A stretch of 40,151 bases of DNA, taken from assembly GCA_035285545.1 (NCBI GenBank), contig JAYKGY010000085.1, positions 1 through 40,151 of the forward strand, in the 5' to 3' direction. The notes beneath the pieces are model-generated. The model did no database searches. It worked only from the letters and a program-made list of their open reading frames with translations, and had not been told where the DNA came from. Shown in pieces: positions 32,154-40,151 of this stretch; the first letter of the stretch is position 1, and the number at the start of each line of letters is the position of its first letter. This stretch comes from Snowella sp. (lineage in GTDB: Bacteria; Cyanobacteriota; Cyanobacteriia; Cyanobacteriales; Microcystaceae). The translations under genes and the position numbers were made by a program.

Positions 32154-32582
32154 TTAGGCTCCTTTAACTTTGGTATTGGCTGTCATAAATGTACCCGTCC
32201 CTGAATATTGGGGAGTGCCATCGGGGATTGGCCCGGCTGGTGTGGGTTGTTGAGCAGGAACCGTTACTTGAAATTTAGCAGTAAACGTGGCTCCTTTGAG
32301 TAGAACTGCTTTGCTTCCCGATTTGTTTTTCTTTGCTTTTTGGTTTCCTGCTAGGGATTGAATAGAAAGAATGCCGACACCGGGAATACTATATTGCGGG
32401 GTCATGTAGGGGCAACCGGGCACGATTACTTTTTTTTCATCCCCATCAACGCAAACCAATTTACCGTTAATTTTTGTTTTTCCTGTACCGATTAAGTCGC
32501 CTGGACGGACTGTAACAATTGCTTGTCCAAAGGTGGGGTTAAACATGGCTTTATCGCCTGTGATCAAGATAAAATCAGACAT
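32154..32582 (-). CDS. eCIS spike-tip protein, Pvc10/Afp10-like (PAAR-fold variant)
   Basis: GD...FNPTFG, I.GTG...INGK.VCV.GDEK.V, Y.T......G.G.L.I..L...Q.A, KG..FTA.F....PA, PD....SG.G.F.T align with Photorhabdus Pvc10 as recalled. Confidence 0.8.
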   Translation of the reverse strand: MSDFILITGDKAMFNPTFGQAIVTVRPGDLIGTGKTKINGKLVCVDGDEKKVIVPGCPYMTPQYSIPGVGILSIQSLAGNQKAKKNKSGSKAVLLKGATFTAKFQVTVPAQQPTPAGPIPDGTPQYSGTGTFMTANTKVKGA

Positions 32583-32616
32583 TTTAAAATATTTTGAATT
32601 GTTTGATAATCGTTTT

Positions 32617-32889
32617 TTAGCTTATTTCACAGCGAATTTCCTGAAGAATCGTAGATGTTTTGCCAATAGTTTAGCCGTTATTGTCAATAAGTGGATCGCC
32701 AAATTGTTTGGCTAAATCCTGTCTTAACCCTTGTCCAATATAAAGTTTTAATAGGGCTTCATCGGATAGGTTGCGACTAGCGGCAATTTTTTTGAGGGAA
32801 GCTAAGGTGTCGGTCGGAATGGTTAGAGAGATTTGTTCTTGAGGACGAGGATGTACTTTTAGGGTTAACTCATGAGTCAAATTGTTCAT
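32617..32889 (-). pseudogene. Decayed ribbon-helix-helix antitoxin-like gene (CopG/BrnA type)
   Basis: RP.E.ISLTIP.DTL.SLKKIAASR.LS.EALLKLYIGQGLRQDLAK ends at a premature stop (32671). Family-like continuations TAKLLAKHL and TILQEIRCEIS* lie in two other frames. Confidence 0.65.
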
Positions 32890-32962
32890 AAAATCATCAT
32901 GACATTTCATAGAGATTTGATTCATAAAGCCAAATCAAATTAATTATAAAAACTATTTAATT

Positions 32963-33070
32963 TAGTCGTACATCAACTTTATTTTGATAAGTTACTTGAT
33001 TCTGAAAGCCTTACCAAAATAAGCTTGTAGAATCTTATTACGTTTCATTTTGAGCTTGACAAACTGCTAG
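32963..33070. repeat. Candidate ~108-bp MITE
   Basis: Bounded by TTAG and CTAG, with degenerate terminal inverted repeats (TAGTCGTACATCAA...TGATAAGTTA vs TAGCAGTTTGTCAA...TGAAACGTAA) and an internal CTGAAAGCCTTA..TAAGCTT hairpin. Confidence 0.45.
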
Positions 33071-33251
33071 TGTTTTTATCCATTCGCACTTTAAATTTAG
33101 ACTTTCTGAAACCCTTATCTAGTAAAGCTCGATTTTTTTATCCTTAGACCCAGCGTAAAAAATTTGTGATACTAAAAACAAACTATTAGTGATTGTTATG
33201 ACACCATTTTCCACAGGATTAAGAGAATAATTCCATAATCTAATGTCCTCT

Positions 33252-34961
33252 CTAAAGTTTAATAATGAAAGCCAACACATAAAACGGCGGCATATTTTCA
33301 TGAGATTGACTCGATCCATTATTTTGAATTGATATCCCAGTTGTTACTGAATTGGTGTTTTTACTCATATCATCGCCACTACCAGCATCACCTTTTGATA
33401 GTTCGCTAGTATAGTTTCTGTCATCAGTTCCCTGCAGTTGCCTGCTAGCTGTCCATGTGTGCGCGTGCCCTGGATCTGTTATGCCATGATTGTGAGTAGG
33501 CATTTCTGCGACTGTCAAAGTATGACGTTCCACGCCACCAGTCCCACCTCTTGTACGATTCGTTAGTCCACTACCCTGACCACTGCCCAATATAAATCGA
33601 CCCCGTAAATCGGGTCTTCCTCCTTGCCCATCACACAAAGCCCACCCACTTGGAATCCTTGTTTCATCTCCAGACCACATCACAATCATGCCTGTAATGA
33701 TAATCGCTGATATCGGAATACGAGCAACATCTAACACTCCAGAATTAATATTTACCGCATCAATCTTTCCTGTAATTGTACCAGTAACTTTTAAATTGCC
33801 ATTAACTTCTAAATAATCCCATAATTTAACACAGCGACCTTCTGGGGTTCCTGCTCTTCCAAGAATCATTAAAGCATTATGGCTAGAGGCATTTTCAATA
33901 GCAGCATAGCCTGTTGTATTACCAAAAGCTGTATGAGTATGATCAGTTTGCGTAAAATAAATATCCGAACCTCCTGCTATTATTCTGTTATCTGCTGTCA
34001 AACTGCCAGTAACTTTTAAATTGCCACTAATTTCTAGTTTTTCAGATGGTGTTGTTGTTCCAATCCCGACATTACCACTTGGTTTAAGTCTCATAATTTC
34101 TGTACCGTTTGCAGCCTCTCCAGACGGTACATGAATAAATCGCAAATCATCTTGTGGATCATCTTCCCAAGCAATAACAGGATCTTTTCGGTTTGATCCT
34201 TCATCTTTTAAACCAATAAAAAGATTATCGCTATCCCAAAGAATACTCATGCCTCGTGTCATCCAAGCACGAGTTCCTCCAGAAGCATCCTGACCAATTT
34301 TTAAGACATTTGTAACTGTTAAATTTTCTGAATTAATATTTACCGCATTAATTCTTCCTGTAATAGTTCCCGTTACCGTTAAACTACCATTTAAAATCGC
34401 CAGATTAGGATTAGCATTTCCCCCCGATCGCAGCGTTAAATCATTACCCGTCGCATTCGGTAAAAAGACCCCAGAATAATCACGAATACTGAAATCTAAC
34501 TTGAGAACAGTATCAGTAATAGAAACTTTGGCCAACTTAACACCATCATTAGGAGTTGTGGGCGCAAAAACAATCGTTGGTTTTTCTTGCCAGCGAGTAC
34601 AACTTTCCTTATTATCTTTCTGTTGTTCAACCTGTTTTTCTTCTCCATAACTAATATATAATTCTCCATTCGTAAGAGTGCCAAACTTAGAAAAATTTAA
34701 ATTGTGTTTAAGGACAATTAAATCTCCATTGCTATTAATAGCAGATCCAGATTTTATTTGTACTTCTTGTTTATCTTTAATTACCTCTACTTCCAAGCCT
34801 TCAATAATGCCAGAAACATGAAGACTTTGGTGATGATATTTTTGCCGCTCAATGAAGTATTTTTGCTCAGTTTCAAAATCATCTTCCAGTAAGAATTGAC
34901 CAGGAAAATAATTAGGGCGGGAATCAATAAAATTAGTAAAATCCGATTTTGCTTTAGGCAT
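33252..34961 (-). CDS. eCIS tail-fibre protein (baseplate-anchor N-domain, shaft modules, collar plus HxH tip)
   Basis: N-terminal RPNYFPGQFLLEDDF..EQKY, GNVGIGTTTP..KLEI.G shaft motif, collar GMIVMWSG...IPSGWALCDG...PDLRGRFILG, MPTHNH/PGHAH, HENMPPFYVLAFIIKL. Confidence 0.88.
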   Translation of the reverse strand: MPKAKSDFTNFIDSRPNYFPGQFLLEDDFETEQKYFIERQKYHHQSLHVSGIIEGLEVEVIKDKQEVQIKSGSAINSNGDLIVLKHNLNFSKFGTLTNGELYISYGEEKQVEQQKDNKESCTRWQEKPTIVFAPTTPNDGVKLAKVSITDTVLKLDFSIRDYSGVFLPNATGNDLTLRSGGNANPNLAILNGSLTVTGTITGRINAVNINSENLTVTNVLKIGQDASGGTRAWMTRGMSILWDSDNLFIGLKDEGSNRKDPVIAWEDDPQDDLRFIHVPSGEAANGTEIMRLKPSGNVGIGTTTPSEKLEISGNLKVTGSLTADNRIIAGGSDIYFTQTDHTHTAFGNTTGYAAIENASSHNALMILGRAGTPEGRCVKLWDYLEVNGNLKVTGTITGKIDAVNINSGVLDVARIPISAIIITGMIVMWSGDETRIPSGWALCDGQGGRPDLRGRFILGSGQGSGLTNRTRGGTGGVERHTLTVAEMPTHNHGITDPGHAHTWTASRQLQGTDDRNYTSELSKGDAGSGDDMSKNTNSVTTGISIQNNGSSQSHENMPPFYVLAFIIKL

Positions 34962-35020
34962 GGTTTAGTTCCTATAAAAATAAATCGTTAGAATAACTTG
35001 ATTAATAGTTAGTGTTAGTG

Positions 35021-36592
35021 CTACTGAGTTCCTAAAACAGTAAAAACAGTACCTTTTGTGTCTTTGGTAATGATTTTTCCATTCTCTTCATAACAAATCT
35101 TTAAAGTATCTTTAGGAGGGACAGCCGCTAATTTAAAATCTAAATCTTGTTCAAACAGATTAAAAGTTACTGGAATTTGATTAATATTCATTTTAACAGT
35201 AACACTCGCTTTGCCGCTAGTCTCAACATTGTTAAGATTTTTAATGATTAACTTTAATTTATTTGAAACATCGAGAAGCTGTGGGTAGCTAAGCTGACGT
35301 TTAATGATTATTTTGTTAACTTGAATAATCGTTTCGGGTGTGAGTAAATGATAGCTAGAATTCTCATCTTGAAAACAAACAGTAATTTGGTTAAGAATAT
35401 TTTCTGTGAGTGGTTCAGGTTGATTGATTTGTAAAGTAGCCTCTAATTCAAATTTTTGCATGATAGGTAAGTCAAATAAAATGAAATTATAGGGGTTTGT
35501 CCAAAGAGACTTCGTGATTTGCATCCCGGAAATTTCAGGAGCTTGAGCTTGTTTTAGAATGGTATTCCCGCCAATGATCTTACCTGATTTGTCCTGACTA
35601 CACAGTTTGAGAACGGGTGATAAATTCAAAGGTTGTTCTAATAAGATAGTCTCTTTTTTATTACCATTAAGTTCAAAAAAAAGTGTTACCTTTAAACGTC
35701 CTAGAAAGAAATTATCGGTTTGATTAGATAAGATAACATTAAAACCTCCTAAATTATCTAGAAATTGCTGATAGGTTATTTGCTGTTTAACATAAAAAGC
35801 TTGATCATCTGTGGCAATTAACGAAGAATAGGGGGTGATTTCAGTAGTATTTCCTTGAATTTTAACAACTAACTGTTTGGACAAAATTTCTAATTTGTCT
35901 CGCGTGATTTGCTGCGGAATAATTGCAACCTTTAAAGTAAAATCTTGAGTTTTAAGGTCATTAAATAATTTAAAAGGATAGTTAACCTGCGATCGCTTGG
36001 TCAACTGCATTGTCGGCACAAGAATTTTTAGTGAATAAAAGGTATGGGCTGGTTTTTCTTGGTCGATAATAGCCTTAGCAATCCTAGACTGTCGCCAATA
36101 CTTTTCAGGATCGCGGTCATTTAACGTTAATTGAACCTGAAAATAATGGGGGAAATTATCAAACTCGTCAAATATTTTAACCTTATCCCCAAAACCTGAA
36201 TTGACTAGATAAAGCTTTAAAACTTCGGTCAAGCCATCTTTTGTTCCTCTTTTTTGATATAGTCTAACAATTTCCTGAATAAATGCTCGTTTAGCCTTTA
36301 TTTCCCAATCATCTCGTAAACTTAAGGCAACCCAACCCGCTAACCAAGGCAAAAATTGCTCTGGAGTTTCTTGAGGATCAAAATAAGTTTCAACTCGATT
36401 AATAACTTCTTCTAATCCAGAAACATTGTCGCTATTTCCTTGAATGATTTTTTCATCGCTGGGTAAATCCTTCACTCCCGAAAGAACTTTTTCAAAGGCT
36501 AATAAAAACCTACCCATAAAGGGATCTTCCTGAAGAATAGCAGGTAAATATTGCAGATAGCTACTAACTAAATCAGATTTGTCTAGATTCAT
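35021..36592 (-). CDS. P2 gpI-like (TIGR02242-type) baseplate/tail protein with a duplicated C-terminal insert
   Basis: YLQYLPAI, FLLAFE, YFDPQETPEQFLPWLAGWVAL, LYQKRGT..GL, IIDQEKPAHT.Y, PTMQ. Confidence 0.88.
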   Translation of the reverse strand: MNLDKSDLVSSYLQYLPAILQEDPFMGRFLLAFEKVLSGVKDLPSDEKIIQGNSDNVSGLEEVINRVETYFDPQETPEQFLPWLAGWVALSLRDDWEIKAKRAFIQEIVRLYQKRGTKDGLTEVLKLYLVNSGFGDKVKIFDEFDNFPHYFQVQLTLNDRDPEKYWRQSRIAKAIIDQEKPAHTFYSLKILVPTMQLTKRSQVNYPFKLFNDLKTQDFTLKVAIIPQQITRDKLEILSKQLVVKIQGNTTEITPYSSLIATDDQAFYVKQQITYQQFLDNLGGFNVILSNQTDNFFLGRLKVTLFFELNGNKKETILLEQPLNLSPVLKLCSQDKSGKIIGGNTILKQAQAPEISGMQITKSLWTNPYNFILFDLPIMQKFELEATLQINQPEPLTENILNQITVCFQDENSSYHLLTPETIIQVNKIIIKRQLSYPQLLDVSNKLKLIIKNLNNVETSGKASVTVKMNINQIPVTFNLFEQDLDFKLAAVPPKDTLKICYEENGKIITKDTKGTVFTVLGTQ

Positions 36593-37544
36593 TGCCAACC
36601 TTCACCTCGATTTTAATTGTTGCAGTTTGAAATTCAATCAATTGGTCATCATCTAACTTAATTTCAGTGATCTCTGTTTCAGATTTTTTTTCTAAATCAA
36701 TTATTTCAATTTTTTGTTCTGGGTTAATAATTAATTCTTTTACATAATCTACGCCAGATAAATTATCCAAAAGTTGATACAATTCTGATAGATAAATGTT
36801 GCGTCCAAAGGGATAGCCTTTGCCTTGCCAATATTTTCCTGATCGCAGAGGATGAAAATAATTTTTTAATTCTTCCTGAGCATTGTTTTTAACATCTTCT
36901 GGCTTGATGCCATCTTCAATCACTAAAGTTGTTTTGAGATTAACTGGCACATACTTAGGATCGACTAGATGAATACGAGTAGTTAGTAATCTTCGTTGAT
37001 CTAGAAATTGAAAGAGATTTGGATAGGAGTTAGTTTCTTCTTTAGTTTTTTGTTCATTCTTATTAACAACAACTAGGGTAATATGAGCTTTTGCATTCGT
37101 TTGATCTCGATTTCTAAGCGGTAAACAGTGAACCCTAGCTATGGATTCTTTTTCGGTAAACTCTGTTGAATTTTGCCACTCTTCAAGGATGAGTTTTTTG
37201 TAATCTTCTATTGTGACGGCCCGATAGGTTTCTCTTAACTCTAATAAGGTTTTTCTAATTTCAAGCTGGAGTTTTTTTTGTTTTTCTTCCGCAGATTCAT
37301 TCGGTAAAGTCCACTTTTCTCCTTTTAATAGGCTGAGAAAACTCGCATAATTTTGATCGGGGATTTGATTAACTTGATAAAGTATCATTTCTGTCAACCA
37401 AGCAAATAATTCGATCAGAATAATTCCTGTATCCGTTGGATTATGGTCAGTCCATTCAGGATATTCTAAGGGAATAAGCGCGATCGCCTCTTGCACCAAA
37501 TCACCATAGCTTTGATCATCTAAATTAGGTAACGGTAAATTCAT
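36573..37544 (-). CDS. Short baseplate J/gp47-like protein
   Basis: LPLPNLDD..Y.DLV.EA..LIP...PEWTDHNPTDTGIILIELFAWL, RAVTIEDY, RRLLTT, FHPL..G....GYPFGRNIYLSE. Confidence 0.9.
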   Translation of the reverse strand: MNLPLPNLDDQSYGDLVQEAIALIPLEYPEWTDHNPTDTGIILIELFAWLTEMILYQVNQIPDQNYASFLSLLKGEKWTLPNESAEEKQKKLQLEIRKTLLELRETYRAVTIEDYKKLILEEWQNSTEFTEKESIARVHCLPLRNRDQTNAKAHITLVVVNKNEQKTKEETNSYPNLFQFLDQRRLLTTRIHLVDPKYVPVNLKTTLVIEDGIKPEDVKNNAQEELKNYFHPLRSGKYWQGKGYPFGRNIYLSELYQLLDNLSGVDYVKELIINPEQKIEIIDLEKKSETEITEIKLDDDQLIEFQTATIKIEVKVGNESRQI

Positions 37545-37547
37545 AAT

Positions 37548-40151
37548 TTAATTGCCTCCAGAAGATGTCAAATGAATAACATGATTCCCCGAAAAAATTA
37601 AGGAGTCGGCCGCTAGTTCGGGGGATTCGGGATCGGGATCAATCTGCAATAAATCCACATGATCAACCCCAGAAATGGACTGAATGAGTGCGTAAAAATC
37701 AGATTTTTTGGGATAGCGTCCAAATCGCCAACCGTCTCCACTTCCTCCTGTGAGGGGATGTAAAAAAGACTCTAAACGCTGATTAATTATCTCTCTTAAA
37801 CGATCTAATCCTTGATAAGTTGTGGGTGTGATAGTAGCAGTTATAATAATTTCTTGCCATTGGGGAACAGTGACAGTGAAATCTAAGATTGCCTCGCAAC
37901 GCGATCGAATATAGCTTTCAACTTTTTCTAATAACGCTAAACTTGGGTTGGGTTGACGTTCTTTGCTATTGGGTAAAATGATTAATTTAACTTTTCCTGA
38001 ATTATTATTAATGCTTTGTATCATGCTTTTAAATTCATCGGGTTTGGCAATTTGTGTCCTTTTGCTTTGGAGATAGTCATCAAATTTTATATCTGGCTGA
38101 GTTGGCTCTAACCAGAAATCTCCATTTAAGGCACTAAATTGTTGGATCATCAAATCTGGTGTGATCAATTTAACCCTAGCAACATCGGTAGAAGCTTCAT
38201 AGGCTAAATCTTCTATATCTTGGAGTGTGATTGCCCGATTTCGATGACGTAATTTTTGTGGGACTCGTTCTTTAAGACGTTCTAGCTTTTCTTGATCTGC
38301 TCCCCCAGCCGCCGCTTCTAAATTCACAACTCGATCAATATAGGGAACAGTGGTCTTAAGTTGACTGACCGATTGGGAAACCAGATTACCCTGTTCACCG
38401 CCACCAACCCGATAAAAAGAAAGACGAATATTATTACGACCTCTTGGTGGAATCATCCCCGCCTGTCCATCACCAAAGCGAATTTTTCCTGTCTGACGAT
38501 CCAATAAATAATGGCGATCGCTCTCCGTTGAACTATAAAAATCGGGAACTTCTTGCCAAGTTACCCAAATTTCTTCGATCTCTTCTAACTCATCTCGAAT
38601 CACTGTCAATTTATCCGAATCTAATTTTTCAGGAATTTTATTTTCTCGAATTTCTAATTTTTCCCCTATTAAAATCGGTGAATAACGGGTAGTAAAAGTT
38701 TGGTTGGCTTCATAATTACTTGAACCTAATATTTCTTCTTGGATCGTCGTTGCCTGAACTGCCCAGGTTGTATTAGTTAAAACTTGCTTTAAATGGGGCT
38801 GAATCGAAAAATTCCCCCCTTGCCAACGGACTCGTAACCAATATAAGGCTTGGTTAAATATCGTTGATGGCGTAAAATCGCTAGGAGCAATAAATTGAAT
38901 TAAACCTCGATGGGAAAATGCTTTTGTTTCATCATTCACTCCTAACGTTTGCCAACCCAAAGGGCTAAAATATTCCCAAATTAATTGGGGATTACTTCTA
39001 GAAATCGCTTGGGATAATTCTTCAGGAGAGGGAGGATTTGCTTGGGCATAAAGAGTAGCGGTTTGATTGCCAAACGGTTTGTCAAACCCTAAATATAAAC
39101 TAGGATTTTTATCAATAGTTGGGACAAATGGTCGAAAATAACAATAAACAGGAGTATCTTTTGAGTAGGTTTGACTGAGGCTTTCCGCTAAAATAAGTTG
39201 ATTAGTTTCAGGATTAATATACTCGATTTGATGAATTTCAAGATTAGTCTGAGAGGGGAATATTAAAAATTCTCCCACGGCCAAACCTTCAACTTGATCA
39301 AGATTGATTATCTGACTACCCCTATTTATTTTATCTGTTAATTTAGTATCAAATTTTTGGGGTTGAGAATAATTAAAATTATTGTAAGCAAAATAAATCG
39401 ATTTTTCATTAAAGTCAAAATTATAACTTAACTTAAGAGATTTAATGATCGGTGGGTCATAATTCGGTGGAATAGTTTCAGACATTACATATCTTAAGAA
39501 AATTTTTGTTCCTTTTGCTTTGGCTTGGGGATTAGTAATTAATGTTTCTAAATTTAATTGGTTATTACTAAGACTTTGCTTTGGCTTGGGGATTAGTAAT
39601 TAATGTTTCTAAATTTAATTGGTTATTACTAAGACTTTGAATTTTATATTCTTCTCTTTTTTCATTATTATTTTCTAACCAGACTAATCGAATAATATCA
39701 CCCACTTTGAAAAAATCTGATGCCGTACCTACAATAGAAATTGTTTTATTATCATTAGCGACACTATCAACGATCGCGACCTCATTATAGATAGCATATT
39801 TTCTAATAGTGGAGGCCTGACCGTAGAGTCCTTGGGTAATTCTGGCGCGAATCCAGTAACGAGTTTCTCCATTAACCGTGCTGGGTGAAGGAACTTGCTG
39901 GGGAAACTTTAATGTCGTAGTCATTGGACTATTTTTAATCAACTGAGGGGCTGAATTCATCCATAATTGATTTGCACTCTCTTTCGTTGCAATTATTTTC
40001 CATTCTCCCTGTTCTTCCATTTCCCAAGTAATTGTTATATCAGAAGATTGTAAATTAGGAATACGACTTAACTCAAAAGTCAGGGTAATATTGGCGTTAG
40101 GTTTAACAAAGGCATCATGTAAGGCAATATAAAAAGTATCATTTAATTGGG
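37548..40151 (-). pseudogene. Large baseplate assembly protein (TIGR02243/Afp11-type), 5'-truncated by the window and frameshifted by a 61-bp duplication
   Basis: Upstream frame is open from 40151 (QLNDTFYIA...RYWIRARI..G.YG) to a stop at 39568. Downstream frame 39485-37548 has EILGSS, RFGDG..G.IPP.G..N, GGG..GN, NRAIT..D.E, FLHPLTGG..GW.FGR. Deleting one repeat copy joins them in frame. Confidence 0.85.
39514..39639. repeat. Exact 61-bp tandem duplication with TTTG microhomology
   Basis: 39514-39574 is identical to 39575-39635; TTTG occurs at 39514, 39575 and 39636. Confidence 0.97.

Larger units (their letters stand above)
31928..40151 (-). other. Distal part of an extracellular contractile injection system (eCIS) locus, continuing beyond the window
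   Basis: Co-oriented baseplate, baseplate-J, tail-gpI, tail-fibre and spike-tip genes, visibly more AT-rich than the core genes. No capsid, portal, terminase or integrase in view. Confidence 0.85.

Noticed and set aside
33252..34961. Diversity-generating retroelement acting on the tail fibre
   Set aside because: No reverse transcriptase in the window. The repeats are short and intragenic, and their mismatches are not one-directional adenine substitutions.
1241..38692. Short overlapping ORFs in the track (e.g. 1241-1450, 7008-7238, 7768-8019, 19348-19623, 21204-21506, 28179-28460, 30059-30391, 31077-31618, 33119-33319, 38444-38692)
   Set aside because: They are antisense or out-of-frame shadows of well-supported genes with no recognisable motifs.
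39514..39639. CRISPR array
   Set aside because: Two contiguous 61-bp copies without spacers, inside a coding region; no cas genes or other arrays seen.
31928..40151. Prophage
   Set aside because: No capsid, portal, terminase, integrase or lysis genes in view, and the baseplate and spike-tip types fit eCIS. The unseen upstream part could still change this.

Overview
Chromosomal window from a HIP1-rich (GCGATCGC) unicellular cyanobacterium with Synechocystis/Chroococcales-like gene neighbourhoods. Positions 1-~122 are the right end of an IS5-family element that has inserted into a conserved small gene. About 0.4-31.7 kb is mostly core genome: cp12, FIST, M48 peptidase, manR-like regulator, a stand-alone CheA Hpt half, murF, cytM, wza-wzc, hypCD, accC, a second wzc, icd, rsgA-tusA-dnaJ. 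It includes a perfect CRP site and an NtcA-type icd promoter. From ~31.9 kb to the window end is the AT-richer distal end of a contractile injection system (eCIS) on the minus strand. It encodes a large baseplate protein, a short baseplate-J, a P2-gpI-like tail protein with a duplicated ~162-aa insert, a modular tail fibre, a Pvc10/Afp10-like spike tip and a small coiled-coil protein. The large baseplate gene is frameshifted by an exact 61-bp tandem duplication whose removal restores the frame. All family assignments come from motif recognition and recall; no database search was run.
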